From positions 1-61,933 of the forward strand of contig JBFGLM010000028.1 in the NCBI GenBank assembly GCA_041576165.1: 61,933 nt of DNA. The letters are read 5' to 3'. This document shows positions 1 to 10,832 of the stretch, in pieces. Within the stretch, counting starts at the first letter, position 1, and every line of letters begins with the position of its first letter. The notes under the pieces are model-generated. The model did no database searches. It was not told the origin of the DNA and worked only from the letters and a program-made list of their open reading frames with translations. This DNA is from Acidimicrobiia bacterium. GTDB taxonomy: Bacteria; Actinomycetota; Acidimicrobiia; Spongiisociales; Spongiisociaceae. The position numbers and the translations under genes are program-made.

Positions 1-307
1 CAACGTCGGTGAGCTCACCTGGGGACTCCAGCCAAACCTCATTGACGACGGCGCCTTCTTGACCCTCAAACATGAGGCCAAACTGGGAGCCAACGGCCGA
101 CTCGGTCGGCACCGATGAGTCCGTACTCTTTGCGACGCCCGTGGCCTCAGGGGTCGAAGTGGCGACAGCCTGAGTCGGTTCCGGGGCAAGTGCAGCCTCG
201 ACGGTTCCGTCAGTGCGCTGTTGAATCTCGGCTTCGCTCGGACCGCAACCACCCACAGATGCGAGTACCACCCACAACAGCAACCGCCGTACACTCACCG
301 GGAGCAT
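1..307 (-). CDS. Putative lipoprotein, partial (runs off the left edge)
   Basis: Hand translation from ATG at 307: MLPVSVRRLLLWVVLASVGGC-GPSEAE..., a lipobox followed by a T/S/P/A-rich linker; open to position 1. Confidence 0.65.
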   Translation of the reverse strand, partial: MLPVSVRRLLLWVVLASVGGCGPSEAEIQQRTDGTVEAALAPEPTQAVATSTPEATGVAKSTDSSVPTESAVGSQFGLMFEGQEGAVVNEVWLESPGELTDV

Positions 308-597
308 GGGATCAGTCTATGAGCTGAGCCCGCTCGGAATTACAACCATTGCGGGGACGCGGCCTGCCGGAACGACCACAGCCGCTTCGTCTGTTCGCTC
401 GATTCGATCATCTCCGAGGGCGACCAGTGTGTCGCAGACATCATTCGAAGGTCACTCCTGGACCGCTCGCCGACCGGTTCGAGGAACCGGAGATCCACCA
501 GCCCCAATCCGCGCGAGGTCGACTCGTCGACCCCGCTGACATACCCAGACTCGTCCAACGACCCGATTCCTGGGGCGACCGCCGCACGTGAGACGCT

Positions 598-900
598 CTG
601 CCGTACGTTGGCCCTCAGACAAGGCGGCGAGAGCGGCCGGGAGTCCCGGCTCGACCAGCGGCAGCTGAGCCTGCTCGACCGGCGGAAACATCGGCCCCCA
701 CCTCCGATACCTGCGGGCCGCGGTCTGCCCCACCCGATACAAGTACCTCGCTGGGTTGTCCGTGTCGCTCAGTCGATCCCGATGCTCCCAGGCATAGGCC
801 AGTGCATCCGCCGTGCACTCCTTGCCGACCTCCACCCCATAGAAAGCCGCGAGCGCGTACGAGGTGGAGCCGAGTCAGATCAACTTCAGTCACCCCACAA
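598..900 (-). pseudogene. ECF (SigE-like) RNA polymerase sigma factor remnant
   Basis: YGVEVGKECTADALAYAWEH...NPARYLYRVGQ...LPAALAALSEGQR is sigma region 2 to the start of region 4; in-frame TGA upstream and loss of similarity after GQRTA. Confidence 0.65.
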
Positions 901-1119
901 GCCTCGCACACGTCAGCGAAGCGTCGCCACCCCCGTGCTCCCGACACCACCAAGAGCCGTCCCGGAACGCGGATATGCGGGTAATCGGATGGCGTCGCTG
1001 CCCCGATTCACGCCGAGGTCCAGGGGGTCCGCCACACTGCGCCACACTGCGTATTCGAACCGGCCCCGAGAGGTAGCGCACGAAGTGCCGCTCTGCGTGA
1101 TCTTGCGAAGTGGTCGTTC

Positions 1120-1758
1120 TCATCCGGGATCAATCGTTCGGCGCTGAAAGAGGTAGGCGACCGGCGATCGGGTGTAGGCGATGCCACGGCCGCTCTGGTG
1201 GAGTAGGTCCGGGGTAACGGTGGTTGCTCGTTTCGGAATCAGGTAGCTGTCCAGATCGCGCTCCCTGATCGTGTATCTGCCCGACCTGGCGGTGACCACA
1301 GCGGCGAGCAAGTACTCAGGAATGATCGAGGCCATCGCAACATCTCCATGGCTGGGATTGACGAGCAGCCACCCGTCCGAACGGAGGTATCGGGTGCAGT
1401 GCTCGGAGACGAAGCCGGCGTAGAGAGAGACGAGCAGGCCAACCGAGCGGTCGGCCACATCGAGGTCGTTCCGGTAGTCGGCGCTTATGAATCGCCAAGT
1501 GGCGGAGTTCGGACCTCGCCGGTGGTGGCCGATGATCTCGTTCACGCCTGCCTCGTCGGCGAAGAAGCGGGCAGCCTGACGGTCGCTGTCGACGTAGGTC
1601 ACGTTGTCGAAGACGAACGATGCGGCGACGTCGACGAACGATCCCGGATACAGCACCGGAGTGTCTCCTATGAACTCGGCGACTGCTGCGAAGAGCCGCA
1701 GACGGTCACCCGGATGGCGGTCTTGTTTCTCCCAGAGACGTCGAGTCGTGTCCTTCAC
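1120..1758 (-). CDS. Class I SAM-dependent methyltransferase-like protein
   Basis: VLYPGSFVD, VTYVDSD, LLVSLYAGF and YLRSDGWLL motifs; likely GTG start at 1758. Confidence 0.6.
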   Translation of the reverse strand: MKDTTRRLWEKQDRHPGDRLRLFAAVAEFIGDTPVLYPGSFVDVAASFVFDNVTYVDSDRQAARFFADEAGVNEIIGHHRRGPNSATWRFISADYRNDLDVADRSVGLLVSLYAGFVSEHCTRYLRSDGWLLVNPSHGDVAMASIIPEYLLAAVVTARSGRYTIRERDLDSYLIPKRATTVTPDLLHQSGRGIAYTRSPVAYLFQRRTIDPG

Positions 1759-2068
1759 CGACTGCAGGATGCCACGACACTCGCATACGAGCTGGTCCAG
1801 CCGCCAAGCTGCGCAGATCCCTCCTGCGTCTGAGCGCACAGATGCAATCCGTTCCGAGCCGAACGGGCAGATCGTGAGCATCGAACCCAAAGACCGCCAC
1901 CGAACGTGGCCACAGTTGAGTGAGGCAGGTAGCGCTGGAGGTGCCGTTCGGCGTGGTTCGGCGATCCGGCGTTATGGCTCCGTATTGGGTGATCGGCGCT
2001 GGTGAAGCTGAGAGGGGTCCTGTCAGAGGCGGGTTGACCGAGACCTCTATCAGACTATAATTCTGGTC

Positions 2069-2356
2069 ATGTCAAAGACGCTTCCGCTATCCGAAGTCAA
2101 GGCCAAACTGTCAGAGGTCGTCGACGAGATCGTCACCACACAGGAACGTGTCACCGTCACCCGAAACGGACGCCCGGTCGTTGTTGTGCTCAGCACAGAC
2201 GATCTGGAGGCCATCGAAGAGACATTGGCGATTCTCTCCGACCCGGCGGCGATGCGCGAGATCCAGCAAGGTCGGGCAGCGATCGCCGGTGGTGACTTGA
2301 TTACCAAGGACGAGATCGAGGCGCTGCGTGTCCAGCTTCGCTCCAAGACAGCTTGA
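2069..2356 (+). CDS. Phd/YefM family antitoxin
   Basis: LSEVKAKLSEVVDEI...VTVTRNGRPVVV; overlaps the toxin start. Confidence 0.93.
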   Translation: MSKTLPLSEVKAKLSEVVDEIVTTQERVTVTRNGRPVVVVLSTDDLEAIEETLAILSDPAAMREIQQGRAAIAGGDLITKDEIEALRVQLRSKTA

Positions 2357-2628
2357 CAGAAACGCCCTGGGACCTGGTCGTCGCCGGGCCTGCCCGCCGA
2401 GCCATCGACCGACTCCCGGAGAAGATCGCTCTCGCAGTCTTGGACTACCTCGTCGGTCCCCTACTCGAGAACCCACACCGAGTCGGCAAACCACTGCGGG
2501 GCGATCTGGTCGGACTTCACTCCGCGAGGGTCGGGGCCTACCGCATCGTCTACGAGATCGATCAAGGCAGCCGGACAGTTCGAGTCATCTACATCGACCA
2601 CCCGGCAGACGTCTACCGACCCCGCTGA
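2353..2628 (+). CDS. RelE/ParE family toxin
   Basis: NPHRVGKPLRGDLVGLHSARVGAYRIVYEI; coupled to the antitoxin. Confidence 0.93.
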   Translation: MTETPWDLVVAGPARRAIDRLPEKIALAVLDYLVGPLLENPHRVGKPLRGDLVGLHSARVGAYRIVYEIDQGSRTVRVIYIDHPADVYRPR

Positions 2629-3216
2629 CCAACCCGTTCGCCGACGTGCCGTTGTGGGCGGGTGGGGCGTCTGGTTTCCGATGAGGGAGCGCTCTCCCCA
2701 ATACCCTTCCGGCACCGGGAACGATCTATCAAAGCAGCCCGACACCACTCCCCACTGAAACCGCAGGGAATCGGAGTGAAGCTGGTTCTGCGGGCACGAG
2801 CCAGGCATGCCGCTGTCGCCCGCAAAGGAGATAAGAACGGCCTCAAGTGTCAGTGGTAGCCGCCCCGGAGCGGCGGGCTCAACCCGCCCGGGCACCATAA
2901 TCCGTAGTCACCACACCGCACGGCCGGGTCCCGATCCCGGACACTTCGCGGGAAGTGCGTTTCCCTACCGGATTCGGCAATCGGCCTGTTGGACGCTCCG
3001 CATGGGGTGACTCAGCCGAGCGAGTCTTTCTAGTTATTGGAGGCCGGCGACGAAGGCCGCCAAGGCGCCCTGGAAGTGCCGAACTTCGTAAGACCCCGCC
3101 CCAACCGCGGCCGGTTCCTCGCCGCCGGTTCGGTCGAGGCCGCCGACCGAGCGAGCCGAAGCCGACCGTGCCGCACCACGGTGCGGCTGAGTTCTTGAGA
3201 TGTGGTTGAGAGCCGT

Positions 3217-3723
3217 CTACCCGTGGATGTGCCGCCAGACGTTGCCCCCGCCGATCGGGTCTTCGTTCATGTCGAGAATGAAGTCCACCATGGTGTTGGG
3301 GGCGACGGGATAGGAGCCGGGCTCGGAGCAGGCCGGATAGCCCTCGTCCTCTTCGAATAGCTGCCGGGTGCAGAACTGGAGCTCGAAGAATTCGAGCGTC
3401 GGCGCGGAGCGGCCAAAGCACCGGATCTGATCGAAGGACGCGAAGAACCTCCCGTTGCCCGGGTCGTACGAACCGGTGTAGCTGACAGCGCGGAACCTTG
3501 CAGCCGGCTCGCAGCCCCCCGTCGCCCTGGTGTCGGTGTACACGACCGTAAAGTCCCCCGAGCCGTCGTCGGCCTCAGTGACTGTCATCAGCATCCGGCT
3601 GCCGTCGACATTGTCCTTCGCCAGCCACAACCCCTCGACGGGTCCGCCGTGGTCTGCAGCCACGGGCGCGGCCATCCCAAGTACCACCGCCAGTACGAGA
3701 GTCAAGACTGTGAGTCTCCGCAT
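3217..3723 (-). CDS. Secreted hypothetical protein
   Basis: Signal peptide MRRLTVLTLVLAVVLGMAAPVAA; GAAGGGAG RBS; four Cys; hairpin at about 3170-3187 downstream. Confidence 0.75.
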   Translation of the reverse strand: MRRLTVLTLVLAVVLGMAAPVAADHGGPVEGLWLAKDNVDGSRMLMTVTEADDGSGDFTVVYTDTRATGGCEPAARFRAVSYTGSYDPGNGRFFASFDQIRCFGRSAPTLEFFELQFCTRQLFEEDEGYPACSEPGSYPVAPNTMVDFILDMNEDPIGGGNVWRHIHG

Positions 3724-3954
3724 CACCCATCTCCCTTCGTTGTGGGGAACACCATCAACCAATGCGCCGACGCAACGGTGCGCGCATGAGGTGGCTTCCC
3801 TACTTGCCGTGACCCTACGCCCCACGAGGTCCACCTCACAGGGCCGAACTACCCCTCTTGAACCTGCAGCTCAAGCCCGAACCCAGACGACGACTGCCCT
3901 TCGACAATCGAGGATGACGCGGGCTGTACCGGACCGGGACGCCCGCGGCGGCCG

Positions 3955-4407
3955 GGACTGCACTTCGGATCAACGAAGAGCCACAAGGCAAGGTCGGTAG
4001 TAGTGCCGGCTTTCCTGCGCGACGTCCTGAACGAGCATCTCGCCAGCGCGCCGACTGATCCTGCGGAGCTGGTGTTCACGTCACCGGAAGGGCAACCACT
4101 GCGAAGCCTGAACTTCGCACGTACCGTCTGGAAACCGGCGGTGGCGGCTGCCAGGCTTCCCGAAGGGCTGCGAATCCACGACCTGCGCCACACGGCGGCG
4201 GCATTGATGATTGCTCAGGGGGCGCATCCTGAGGCCGTGAAACGGCATCTGGGGCATTCATCGATCACGGTAACGATGGACACCTACGGGCATCTTTTCC
4301 CGTCTGAGGCCGAAGCGCTGGCGGATCGAGTCGACGGCATGTTCCGTTCCAACGTGGACACATTGTGGACACGGGACGTCGACAGCGTCGTTCCCCTGCA
4401 TCCCTGA
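3955..4407 (+). mobile_element. Tyrosine recombinase/integrase, N-terminally truncated
   Basis: TKSHKARSV, HDLRHT and HLGHSSITVTMDTYGHL catalytic motifs; upstream in-frame sequence looks unrelated and stops at 3859. Confidence 0.88.
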
Positions 4408-4471
4408 TCCAGAGAAACCCCAGGTCAGACCGCAGTTTCTCTTGTGGGCCCAACAGGACAGAACGCGAACC
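4354..4471. mobile_element. att-like site: direct repeats plus a degenerate copy of the tRNA 3' end
   Basis: GTGGACAC x2 (4354, 4365); AGAGAAAC..GTTTCTCT inverted repeat; 4444 GTGGGCCCaaCAGGACaGAAC resembles 5131 GTGGGCCCggCAGGACtcGAAC. Confidence 0.6.
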
Positions 4472-4662
4472 ACATCGACGGTCTCGGCTGAACGCACGTT
4501 CTGCGGCTCGGAGTGGCCTGCAGCGCGAGCAAGATCCTTGGACTTACCTGAAGCAGCCCAGGAGGGCTGGCGAGTCACGGAGCTCGAGAAGCTCAGCCCT
4601 CGCGTAGTCGAGCGTCGACTGGACCTGCTCTGTGGGTGCAATGCCGGCCTGCAGACGACAGC

Positions 4663-4950
4663 TCAGCGCTTGGGGCGTCGCGACTCGCTCGGGTCGTCCA
4701 CCATGCGGCGAAGCGCGGAGTGTGATGGATATTGGCCGAGGCGGCTCGCATTGAGCACCTCGCTGCGTCGCTCCTCGTCGATAGAGCGCTCAAGTGTCTC
4801 GATCATTCGGCCGGCGTTATTGCCGAGCGCCCCCAAAAGTCCTAACGCTTCGCGAAGCTCGCCGGGGAGTCGACTCTTGATGAAACGGCGTCCGGCGCGC
4901 CGCGACCGCCACTCGGCGAAGAGTTCACGGACCAGGCCACGTCGGCTCAT
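4663..4950 (-). CDS. Hypothetical protein
   Basis: 95-aa ORF with ATG start; no recognised motif. Confidence 0.35.
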   Translation of the reverse strand: MSRRGLVRELFAEWRSRRAGRRFIKSRLPGELREALGLLGALGNNAGRMIETLERSIDEERRSEVLNASRLGQYPSHSALRRMVDDPSESRRPKR

Positions 4951-5131
4951 AGTCGCCAGTCTAGGTGGCCACCAGCTCGGCCGTCCTCCGTACCAAGGGT
5001 CAGCCGCCCGACGAGGTTGAGGAACTCACTGAGCGAGGCCAGCCTCGACCTCGGTACTCCTTCTCTCCCGGTACTCAACGCGCTCAACGGCCCTCTTGGG
5101 CGCCGACTGCTCAGGCCTGGATCAATGGTCG

Positions 5132-5205
<74 letters not shown>

Positions 5206-5275
5206 CGGCGCTGAACCAGTGTAGAGACACCGGCGCGCCGGCAACACCGCCCCAATCAGGCCGGCGCAGCCGTGG

Positions 5276-5626
5276 TCAAGCCTCGACCGGCGAGCGCTCC
5301 GCCGAGGCGTCGCGGTACGCGACATAGGCAACGACCAGAGCCAGCAGGCCGTAGATCACCGCCGGCGGAAACCAGACAAGGCTGATACCGAGCAGCGACG
5401 GCAGAACCCCAACTGCGATCAACAGGCTCGCCGGGGTGCGACGCCGCACGCGCCGGGCGATACCCGTCGCGATTAAACCGGCGCCGAGCAACATCACCGC
5501 CACCAGCGCGAGCTGGCCGTACAGAGGACCGCCATCGTCTTCGACCAGGTTGCCAACTGCGAACATCACTTGCATCGCCGCCATCACCGCAGCGACCACC
5601 ACCCACCACACCACTGCCTTGCGCAT
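5276..5626 (-). CDS. Small membrane protein (about 4 TM)
   Basis: Hydrophobic segments; GGGAGGGA RBS. Confidence 0.7.
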   Translation of the reverse strand: MRKAVVWWVVVAAVMAAMQVMFAVGNLVEDDGGPLYGQLALVAVMLLGAGLIATGIARRVRRRTPASLLIAVGVLPSLLGISLVWFPPAVIYGLLALVVAYVAYRDASAERSPVEA

Positions 5627-5713
5627 GCTTCCCTCCCACACGTCGCTTCACCGATACAGACGAACGCAGCGCGGATCGCGGCGACACGCGTGGCAGGACG
5701 AGGCGGACGGCCG

Positions 5714-6913
5714 CTACGACTTCAGGTTCCACATGTAGCGCTTGATCAACCAGGCTCCGCTCGGTTGTCGCTCCAGCAGGAACGACTTGGTCGCGTGCTT
5801 CTCATCTTGTGAACCGTCCTCGTGGTACGTCAGCTGTGCGTCGGCGTGCACCAAACCATGCACCCACTTGTCGCCGATCGCCATGGCGTCGATGAGCCGC
5901 ATCCGAACGGTCCACCGCGCCAGCTCGTAGTCCTCTCGTTCGGTCGCTGCGATCTGCTCGGGACCGTATTCGGGATCGGATCCGGCGGGAACCCGAATGG
6001 CATCGGGCGTGAACAACTCGGCGTACGCCGTTGGGTCGCTCCCGTTTACCGCCGCTGCATATCGCTCCATCAGCGATCGCACGACGCTGGCCGCAGTGGC
6101 CACACCCGCCCGCGCAGCTCGGGGTTTGGTGGCTGCGATCACGTGGCCCCTGATCGGAACCGCGGCCGACCCGTCTGCTTCCACATAGCCCATCAGCGCT
6201 CGACCAGCCTCCGCTCGGATCTGCTCGTACGTCGCCTCGTCGATCCGGTCGATGAGCGGGGTGCTCCCCACCTCAGTCGTCACCAAAGCGTCAATCGACG
6301 GGAATCTCGCCGTCCCAACCCGCGTGTGGGACGACGATATCTCGAGCCCGGCCGCTGCGATCTGGCGGTGCAGGTCATCCAGATCCCCCAGGCGCCAGTA
6401 GGTTCCCATCAGCTCGCGGGCGTCGGATCCTGCGTACCGGCCGACGACATCGACCAGAGGTCCGTAGGCGGGCTGGTCCCCCAAGCTGGCGAACACCTGA
6501 ACGACCAGGCTCCCCCCGGCGACGGTAATACGAGCCATCTCTCTCAGCGCCCGATCCGGATCCGGGAAGAACATCATGGCGGCCTGGCACAGCACAACAT
6601 CGAAAGAGTCGTCCGCAAACGGCAACTCGGCCGCGTCGCCTCGCCGCCACTCGATGTCGGGGCGAATTCGGCGTGCCACCGCCAGCATCGACTCGTTGAG
6701 ATCGAGGCCCACGACGGGTCCGGCGCCACGGTCGGCTGCCTCCCGTGCAACGACACCAGTCCCGCATGCCACGTCCAGCACCGTCTGGCCCTCCTGTAGG
6801 CCGGCCGCCTCAACAAGCCACGGTGCCCACTGCGCAAACAATGCCGGTACGAAACTCGACTCGTATTGCTCGGCCTGCGCATCGGTGATCTGGAACCGAT
6901 CGATGGTTGTCAT
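5714..6913 (-). CDS. Class I methyltransferase fused to a C-terminal NTF2/SnoaL-like (DUF4440) domain
   Basis: VLDVACGTG and LPFADDSFDVV motifs; C-terminal YAAAVNGSDPTAYAELFTPDA...RQPSGAWLI. Confidence 0.85.
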   Translation of the reverse strand: MTTIDRFQITDAQAEQYESSFVPALFAQWAPWLVEAAGLQEGQTVLDVACGTGVVAREAADRGAGPVVGLDLNESMLAVARRIRPDIEWRRGDAAELPFADDSFDVVLCQAAMMFFPDPDRALREMARITVAGGSLVVQVFASLGDQPAYGPLVDVVGRYAGSDARELMGTYWRLGDLDDLHRQIAAAGLEISSSHTRVGTARFPSIDALVTTEVGSTPLIDRIDEATYEQIRAEAGRALMGYVEADGSAAVPIRGHVIAATKPRAARAGVATAASVVRSLMERYAAAVNGSDPTAYAELFTPDAIRVPAGSDPEYGPEQIAATEREDYELARWTVRMRLIDAMAIGDKWVHGLVHADAQLTYHEDGSQDEKHATKSFLLERQPSGAWLIKRYMWNLKS

Positions 6914-7071
6914 AGTCCCATCTCCTTCTGTCAAACGGCTGCAACCAGACTGCACCCGCCGGCAGCCGCCAGCATCGGGCAACTGACCCATTTCTGATCA
7001 CCCCGGCCGAGGGCACGCCACGCGGAACGAAGCCGGTAGGCACGTCTTTTCGGCCCTGCCATGATTGAGCC

Positions 7072-8721
7072 ATGTCGTCGGATCAGCATCTCGATACGGG
7101 CAGAGCTGCTCTGGCATACGGCCGGTGGGATGAAGCCGTTGCCGCGTTCGAAAACGCGCTTGCCGTAGACCAGACCGGCGATGCGCTGGCCGGGCTGGGT
7201 GAGGCGTGGTGGTGGCTGGGCCGCAATCGGGTCAGCATCCAAACCCGTGAGCGAGCGTTCGCAGCCTACCTGCGCGAGGACAACCCGGTCGCGGCGTGTT
7301 CGACCGGCATCACCCTCAGCATCAGTTACCTGATCAACCTGGGCAACGCGGCCGCAGCCCACGGCTGGCTTGCCAAAGCCGAGCGAACCATGGAGAGCGC
7401 CGCGCCCAACCCGATGCAGGGGTGGCTGTGGCTGCTGCGCGGGTTCCTCACGTCGGACCCGGCTACCTCCCAGGAGTTGTTCGAACGGGCGCTTGAAAAT
7501 GGGCGGGACAACGGTGACATCGACTTGGAGCTGATCGCCCGCAGTGATCTGGGACTGTGTCTGGTGAGTGGCGGGAAGCCGGACGAGGGTCTGGTGTTGC
7601 TCGACGAGGCGCTGGCCGGCAGCCTCGCCGGAGAGGGCCGGCGCCTGGATACGGTCGTCTTCACCAGCTGCAACATGCTCACCGCGTGCCAGATGACGGG
7701 CGACCTGGACCGGGCCAGCCAATGGTGCCGGGCCGCCGACGAGTTCATGCAGCGATTCAGCTGCCCGTTCATGTTTGCCACCTGCCGCGCCCACTACGGC
7801 GCCGTTCTGCTGGCCAAAGGACAATGGGAGCAGGCGGAACGAGAGCTGCTCGCCGCCCTGCGGATCGGGGAAGAGGCCGGACCTGGCGCCCGCCAGGACG
7901 CAATGGTCTGGCTGGCCGAATTGCGCGTCCGGCAGGGCCGGTCTGAGGAGGCAGAAGCGCTCATGAGCGAGCTCCCCGACCCTGTGGCAGCCGCGATCCC
8001 GGCCGCGCGGGCGAGGCTGCTGGCGGGCGAGCCGGCGATGGCAGTGGCGCTCCTGGAACAACGTGCAGCCGATCTCGACGCACCGTCTCCCGCGCGGGCC
8101 TCGATCCTGGCCCTGCTGGTGGACGCCCTGATCGCCGACGACCGGCACGACTCGGCAACCGAAGCCTCGGTGGCGCTCGAGTGCACGGCCGAGGCACTCC
8201 AGCTCGACCGGACGACCGCCCTGGTTGAGATGGCACGTGCGCACCTAGCATCCGCAGCAGGACGAGACGACGAAGCTCAGTCGCACCTTCGGGCCGGCCT
8301 CAGGCTATTCACCCAGCTCGAGTTGCCATATGAAGCCGCTGGAGCCCAGCTGGAACGCGCCCATTCACTGGCGCGCAGCGACCCGGCCGCCGCCATCATC
8401 GACGCGCGCAACGCCCGCGCCACGTTCGATCGTCTCGGCGCACGGTCGCACGCCGACGCTGCCGCCGCCCTCCTACGCTCGCTCGGCGCCGGCGGCCGGA
8501 CCGGCCCCCGGGCCCATGGGCCGCTCACGCAGCGAGAGCAAGAGGTACTGCAGCTGATCGCAGCCGGGTTGAGCAACCCCGAGATCGCCGAACGCCTCTA
8601 CATCAGTCGCAAAACTGCGTCGCACCACGTGAGCCGTATTCTCATGAAGCTCGGAGTGCGCAACCGGACCGAGGCTGCCGCATATGCCGCACGCGCACCG
8701 AGTCGAGCGAGGCTGGGCTGA
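7072..8721 (+). CDS. LuxR-family transcriptional regulator with TPR-like N-terminus
   Basis: LTQREQEVLQLIAAGLSNPEIAERLYISRKTASHHVSRILMKLG. Confidence 0.92.
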   Translation: MSSDQHLDTGRAALAYGRWDEAVAAFENALAVDQTGDALAGLGEAWWWLGRNRVSIQTRERAFAAYLREDNPVAACSTGITLSISYLINLGNAAAAHGWLAKAERTMESAAPNPMQGWLWLLRGFLTSDPATSQELFERALENGRDNGDIDLELIARSDLGLCLVSGGKPDEGLVLLDEALAGSLAGEGRRLDTVVFTSCNMLTACQMTGDLDRASQWCRAADEFMQRFSCPFMFATCRAHYGAVLLAKGQWEQAERELLAALRIGEEAGPGARQDAMVWLAELRVRQGRSEEAEALMSELPDPVAAAIPAARARLLAGEPAMAVALLEQRAADLDAPSPARASILALLVDALIADDRHDSATEASVALECTAEALQLDRTTALVEMARAHLASAAGRDDEAQSHLRAGLRLFTQLELPYEAAGAQLERAHSLARSDPAAAIIDARNARATFDRLGARSHADAAAALLRSLGAGGRTGPRAHGPLTQREQEVLQLIAAGLSNPEIAERLYISRKTASHHVSRILMKLGVRNRTEAAAYAARAPSRARLG

Positions 8722-8738
8722 AATTCAGAATCCCGGCT

Positions 8739-9140
8739 TCAGCTCTCCAGGTAGGCGCGGGCTCCGGCGATCAACTTTTCAGGCGGGATGGCGGGCCACT
8801 GCGGCGGGGTGCCACCGGCGCCCAGGGTGAATGCCGTGACGGCCCAGTCACCGCTGACGGGTTCACCGGCGCTCCCGATCGGTAGTCCGTTGAGCCGCTC
8901 CTCGGCGGTGGGTTCGTGCGGCCACTCCATGTCGGCGTCGTGGCCTAAGTAGAACACGGCGTAACGCATGGGGATGTCGTCGTCCCACTTGAAATCGGTC
9001 AGCCACTTGGCGAACCACTGCTCCACCTCGGAGCACGACACGCCGTCAGCGACATCAAGCCAGCAATGTACGCCTGACGGGCGGCTCGTAACAGCCAGCC
9101 GTGCCACCGACCACTCCCCCGACGGGGGCGTCCAAGACAT
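8739..9140 (-). CDS. Hypothetical protein
   Basis: Protein-like composition from MSWTPPSGEW; start uncertain. Confidence 0.5.
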   Translation of the reverse strand: MSWTPPSGEWSVARLAVTSRPSGVHCWLDVADGVSCSEVEQWFAKWLTDFKWDDDIPMRYAVFYLGHDADMEWPHEPTAEERLNGLPIGSAGEPVSGDWAVTAFTLGAGGTPPQWPAIPPEKLIAGARAYLES

Positions 9141-9293
9141 GTGGAGATCATCCGTCTCCCGAAGCACCTCGTCAAGAGGCAAGCGGTGACCATATGCCGG
9201 AGAATTTCCCCGGCCTGGCCGCTCCCTCGACGCCGCCCAGGGGAACCACTGACCGGTGGTCGGTGTATGCGCGTCAAGAGAAAGGAAAGGACG

Positions 9294-10001
9294 ATGCGCA
9301 TACGTGGACTCACCATCGGGGTTCTGGTCGCCGGGTTGCTGCTGGTGATCCCGGCGGCGCTCGCCAAAGGACCCGCCGGGGCGACCATCGAAGGCGAGGG
9401 CGTCAAAGGGAAACTCGTCGTCGACCAGCCGGGAGAACCGGGTCAAGGAACGGCGATGAGTCAGCTGGTCGAAAGAGTCGGGTTTTTCGAGCTCGCCTTC
9501 GGCCAAGGCACAGCAAGCCTGGCCCAACCACCGACCAATGACCTCGGGAAGCAACGCCTCGTCATCACCTGGGACATGGGCTCGGACCACACGATCACCC
9601 AGGAGGTGTACCACCGAGCCCAAGGTGGACCGGTGACGTACATCGAGCCGGGTCAGAGATTCTGGGATGACTCCACCAAGACCGCGGGCGGTTGGTACCG
9701 GGTCAAAGGCGACATCGAGACACCGCTCGTTCAGCTTGGTGTCTCGCCGGATGCGTTTGCGATCCCAACGGAAGCCAAGTCCGTCAAAGACGCGGGTGCC
9801 GAGCAGGTCACGAAAGCCACATCGGCTCCGGTCGCGGCCCCGACGCTGACGACGGTCGCCGCACCGAGTGGGTCGACCACGCCATCCGGCTCAACGATCA
9901 ACGGCCGCGTTATTGCAGCCATCGCTGTGGCCACCGCCGTGCTGGTGGTTGCCGTGGCCGCCGGCACACTGACGAGGCGGCGGCGCCTGATGCCGCATTG
10001 A
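9294..10001 (+). CDS. Secreted protein with C-terminal membrane anchor
   Basis: AAGGAAAGG RBS; signal peptide; S/T/P linker; C-terminal TM followed by RRRR. Confidence 0.8.
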   Translation: MRIRGLTIGVLVAGLLLVIPAALAKGPAGATIEGEGVKGKLVVDQPGEPGQGTAMSQLVERVGFFELAFGQGTASLAQPPTNDLGKQRLVITWDMGSDHTITQEVYHRAQGGPVTYIEPGQRFWDDSTKTAGGWYRVKGDIETPLVQLGVSPDAFAIPTEAKSVKDAGAEQVTKATSAPVAAPTLTTVAAPSGSTTPSGSTINGRVIAAIAVATAVLVVAVAAGTLTRRRRLMPH

Positions 10002-10105
10002 TCTGACAGGGCACCCCACGCCGGCGGGCGGTTTGTTCAGCTCTGTGCCCGCCGGCCCCAGTCCGGGTGAGGGTGCGAGCTTTCCCTTTGACGTCCCCGT
10101 CGCAA

Positions 10106-10756
10106 CTACCCGGTTGAGCACTGCCCAATCGCGATGGCGAACAAGATCACAGTGACCAGCCCGGTCAGCAGCCAGAGCGCTCCGGGGCGGCCCGAAGTAT
10201 CGTCGTACTGGAACCCGATTTCTTCCTCGGCGTCCTCTGGTGCCACGACCCCCTCCGGTCCGCCGAGGCCCCAGTCCGCCAGCAACGGACCCAGACCGAT
10301 CGCCGACATTTCCTGCCGCTCGGCTTCCAGGAGAGACGCCAGGCCGGGCGCGTCCAGCGCGTCGGACGTCACCCGGCGGGCCAGGTACGAGCCGACCACA
10401 CCGGCCAGGCCGCCCATCATCGCCGCGACGTCCACCGGATTCATATCGATGTGGGCCGCCACCCGGTCGGTCACCCGCTGCACCGAATCACCAAATGCAA
10501 CATCTGCGATCGCCTCACCGCCGGCCAGCACGTCATCGGCCGATGCGTCGTCACCGACATGGCCGTAGGTGCTGATGGCGTCGAACACTCGCGGGGCATC
10601 TGTCTCAGCATGCGCGCCAAGGGCGGCGATGATGGCCGGCAACGACGCGTCGATCGCCCGCTCGGTGGCGGCGGCGTCGCCCCGAAGAAGCAATGCGAGC
10701 CGCCCGTTCACGTCCTCGCTCATCTGCGCAACTATGTCGGTCAGCATTGATGGCAC
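10106..10756 (-). CDS. DUF937-like protein with C-terminal TM
   Basis: AAGGAGG RBS with GTG start; helical pattern TERAIDASLPAIIAAL...VGSYLAR. Confidence 0.65.
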   Translation of the reverse strand: MPSMLTDIVAQMSEDVNGRLALLLRGDAAATERAIDASLPAIIAALGAHAETDAPRVFDAISTYGHVGDDASADDVLAGGEAIADVAFGDSVQRVTDRVAAHIDMNPVDVAAMMGGLAGVVGSYLARRVTSDALDAPGLASLLEAERQEMSAIGLGPLLADWGLGGPEGVVAPEDAEEEIGFQYDDTSGRPGALWLLTGLVTVILFAIAIGQCSTG

Positions 10757-10832
10757 GGGGCAACCTCCTTGGGACGTCCGTGCGGCGGCGCAGGATACGC
10801 GGTCGAACCGCTTTCTGGAGAATCGCCCAACG

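Noticed and set aside
2640-3200. Structured ncRNA or oriT suggested by several short hairpins
   Set aside because: Stems of about 6 bp are expected by chance at this GC content; no family motif
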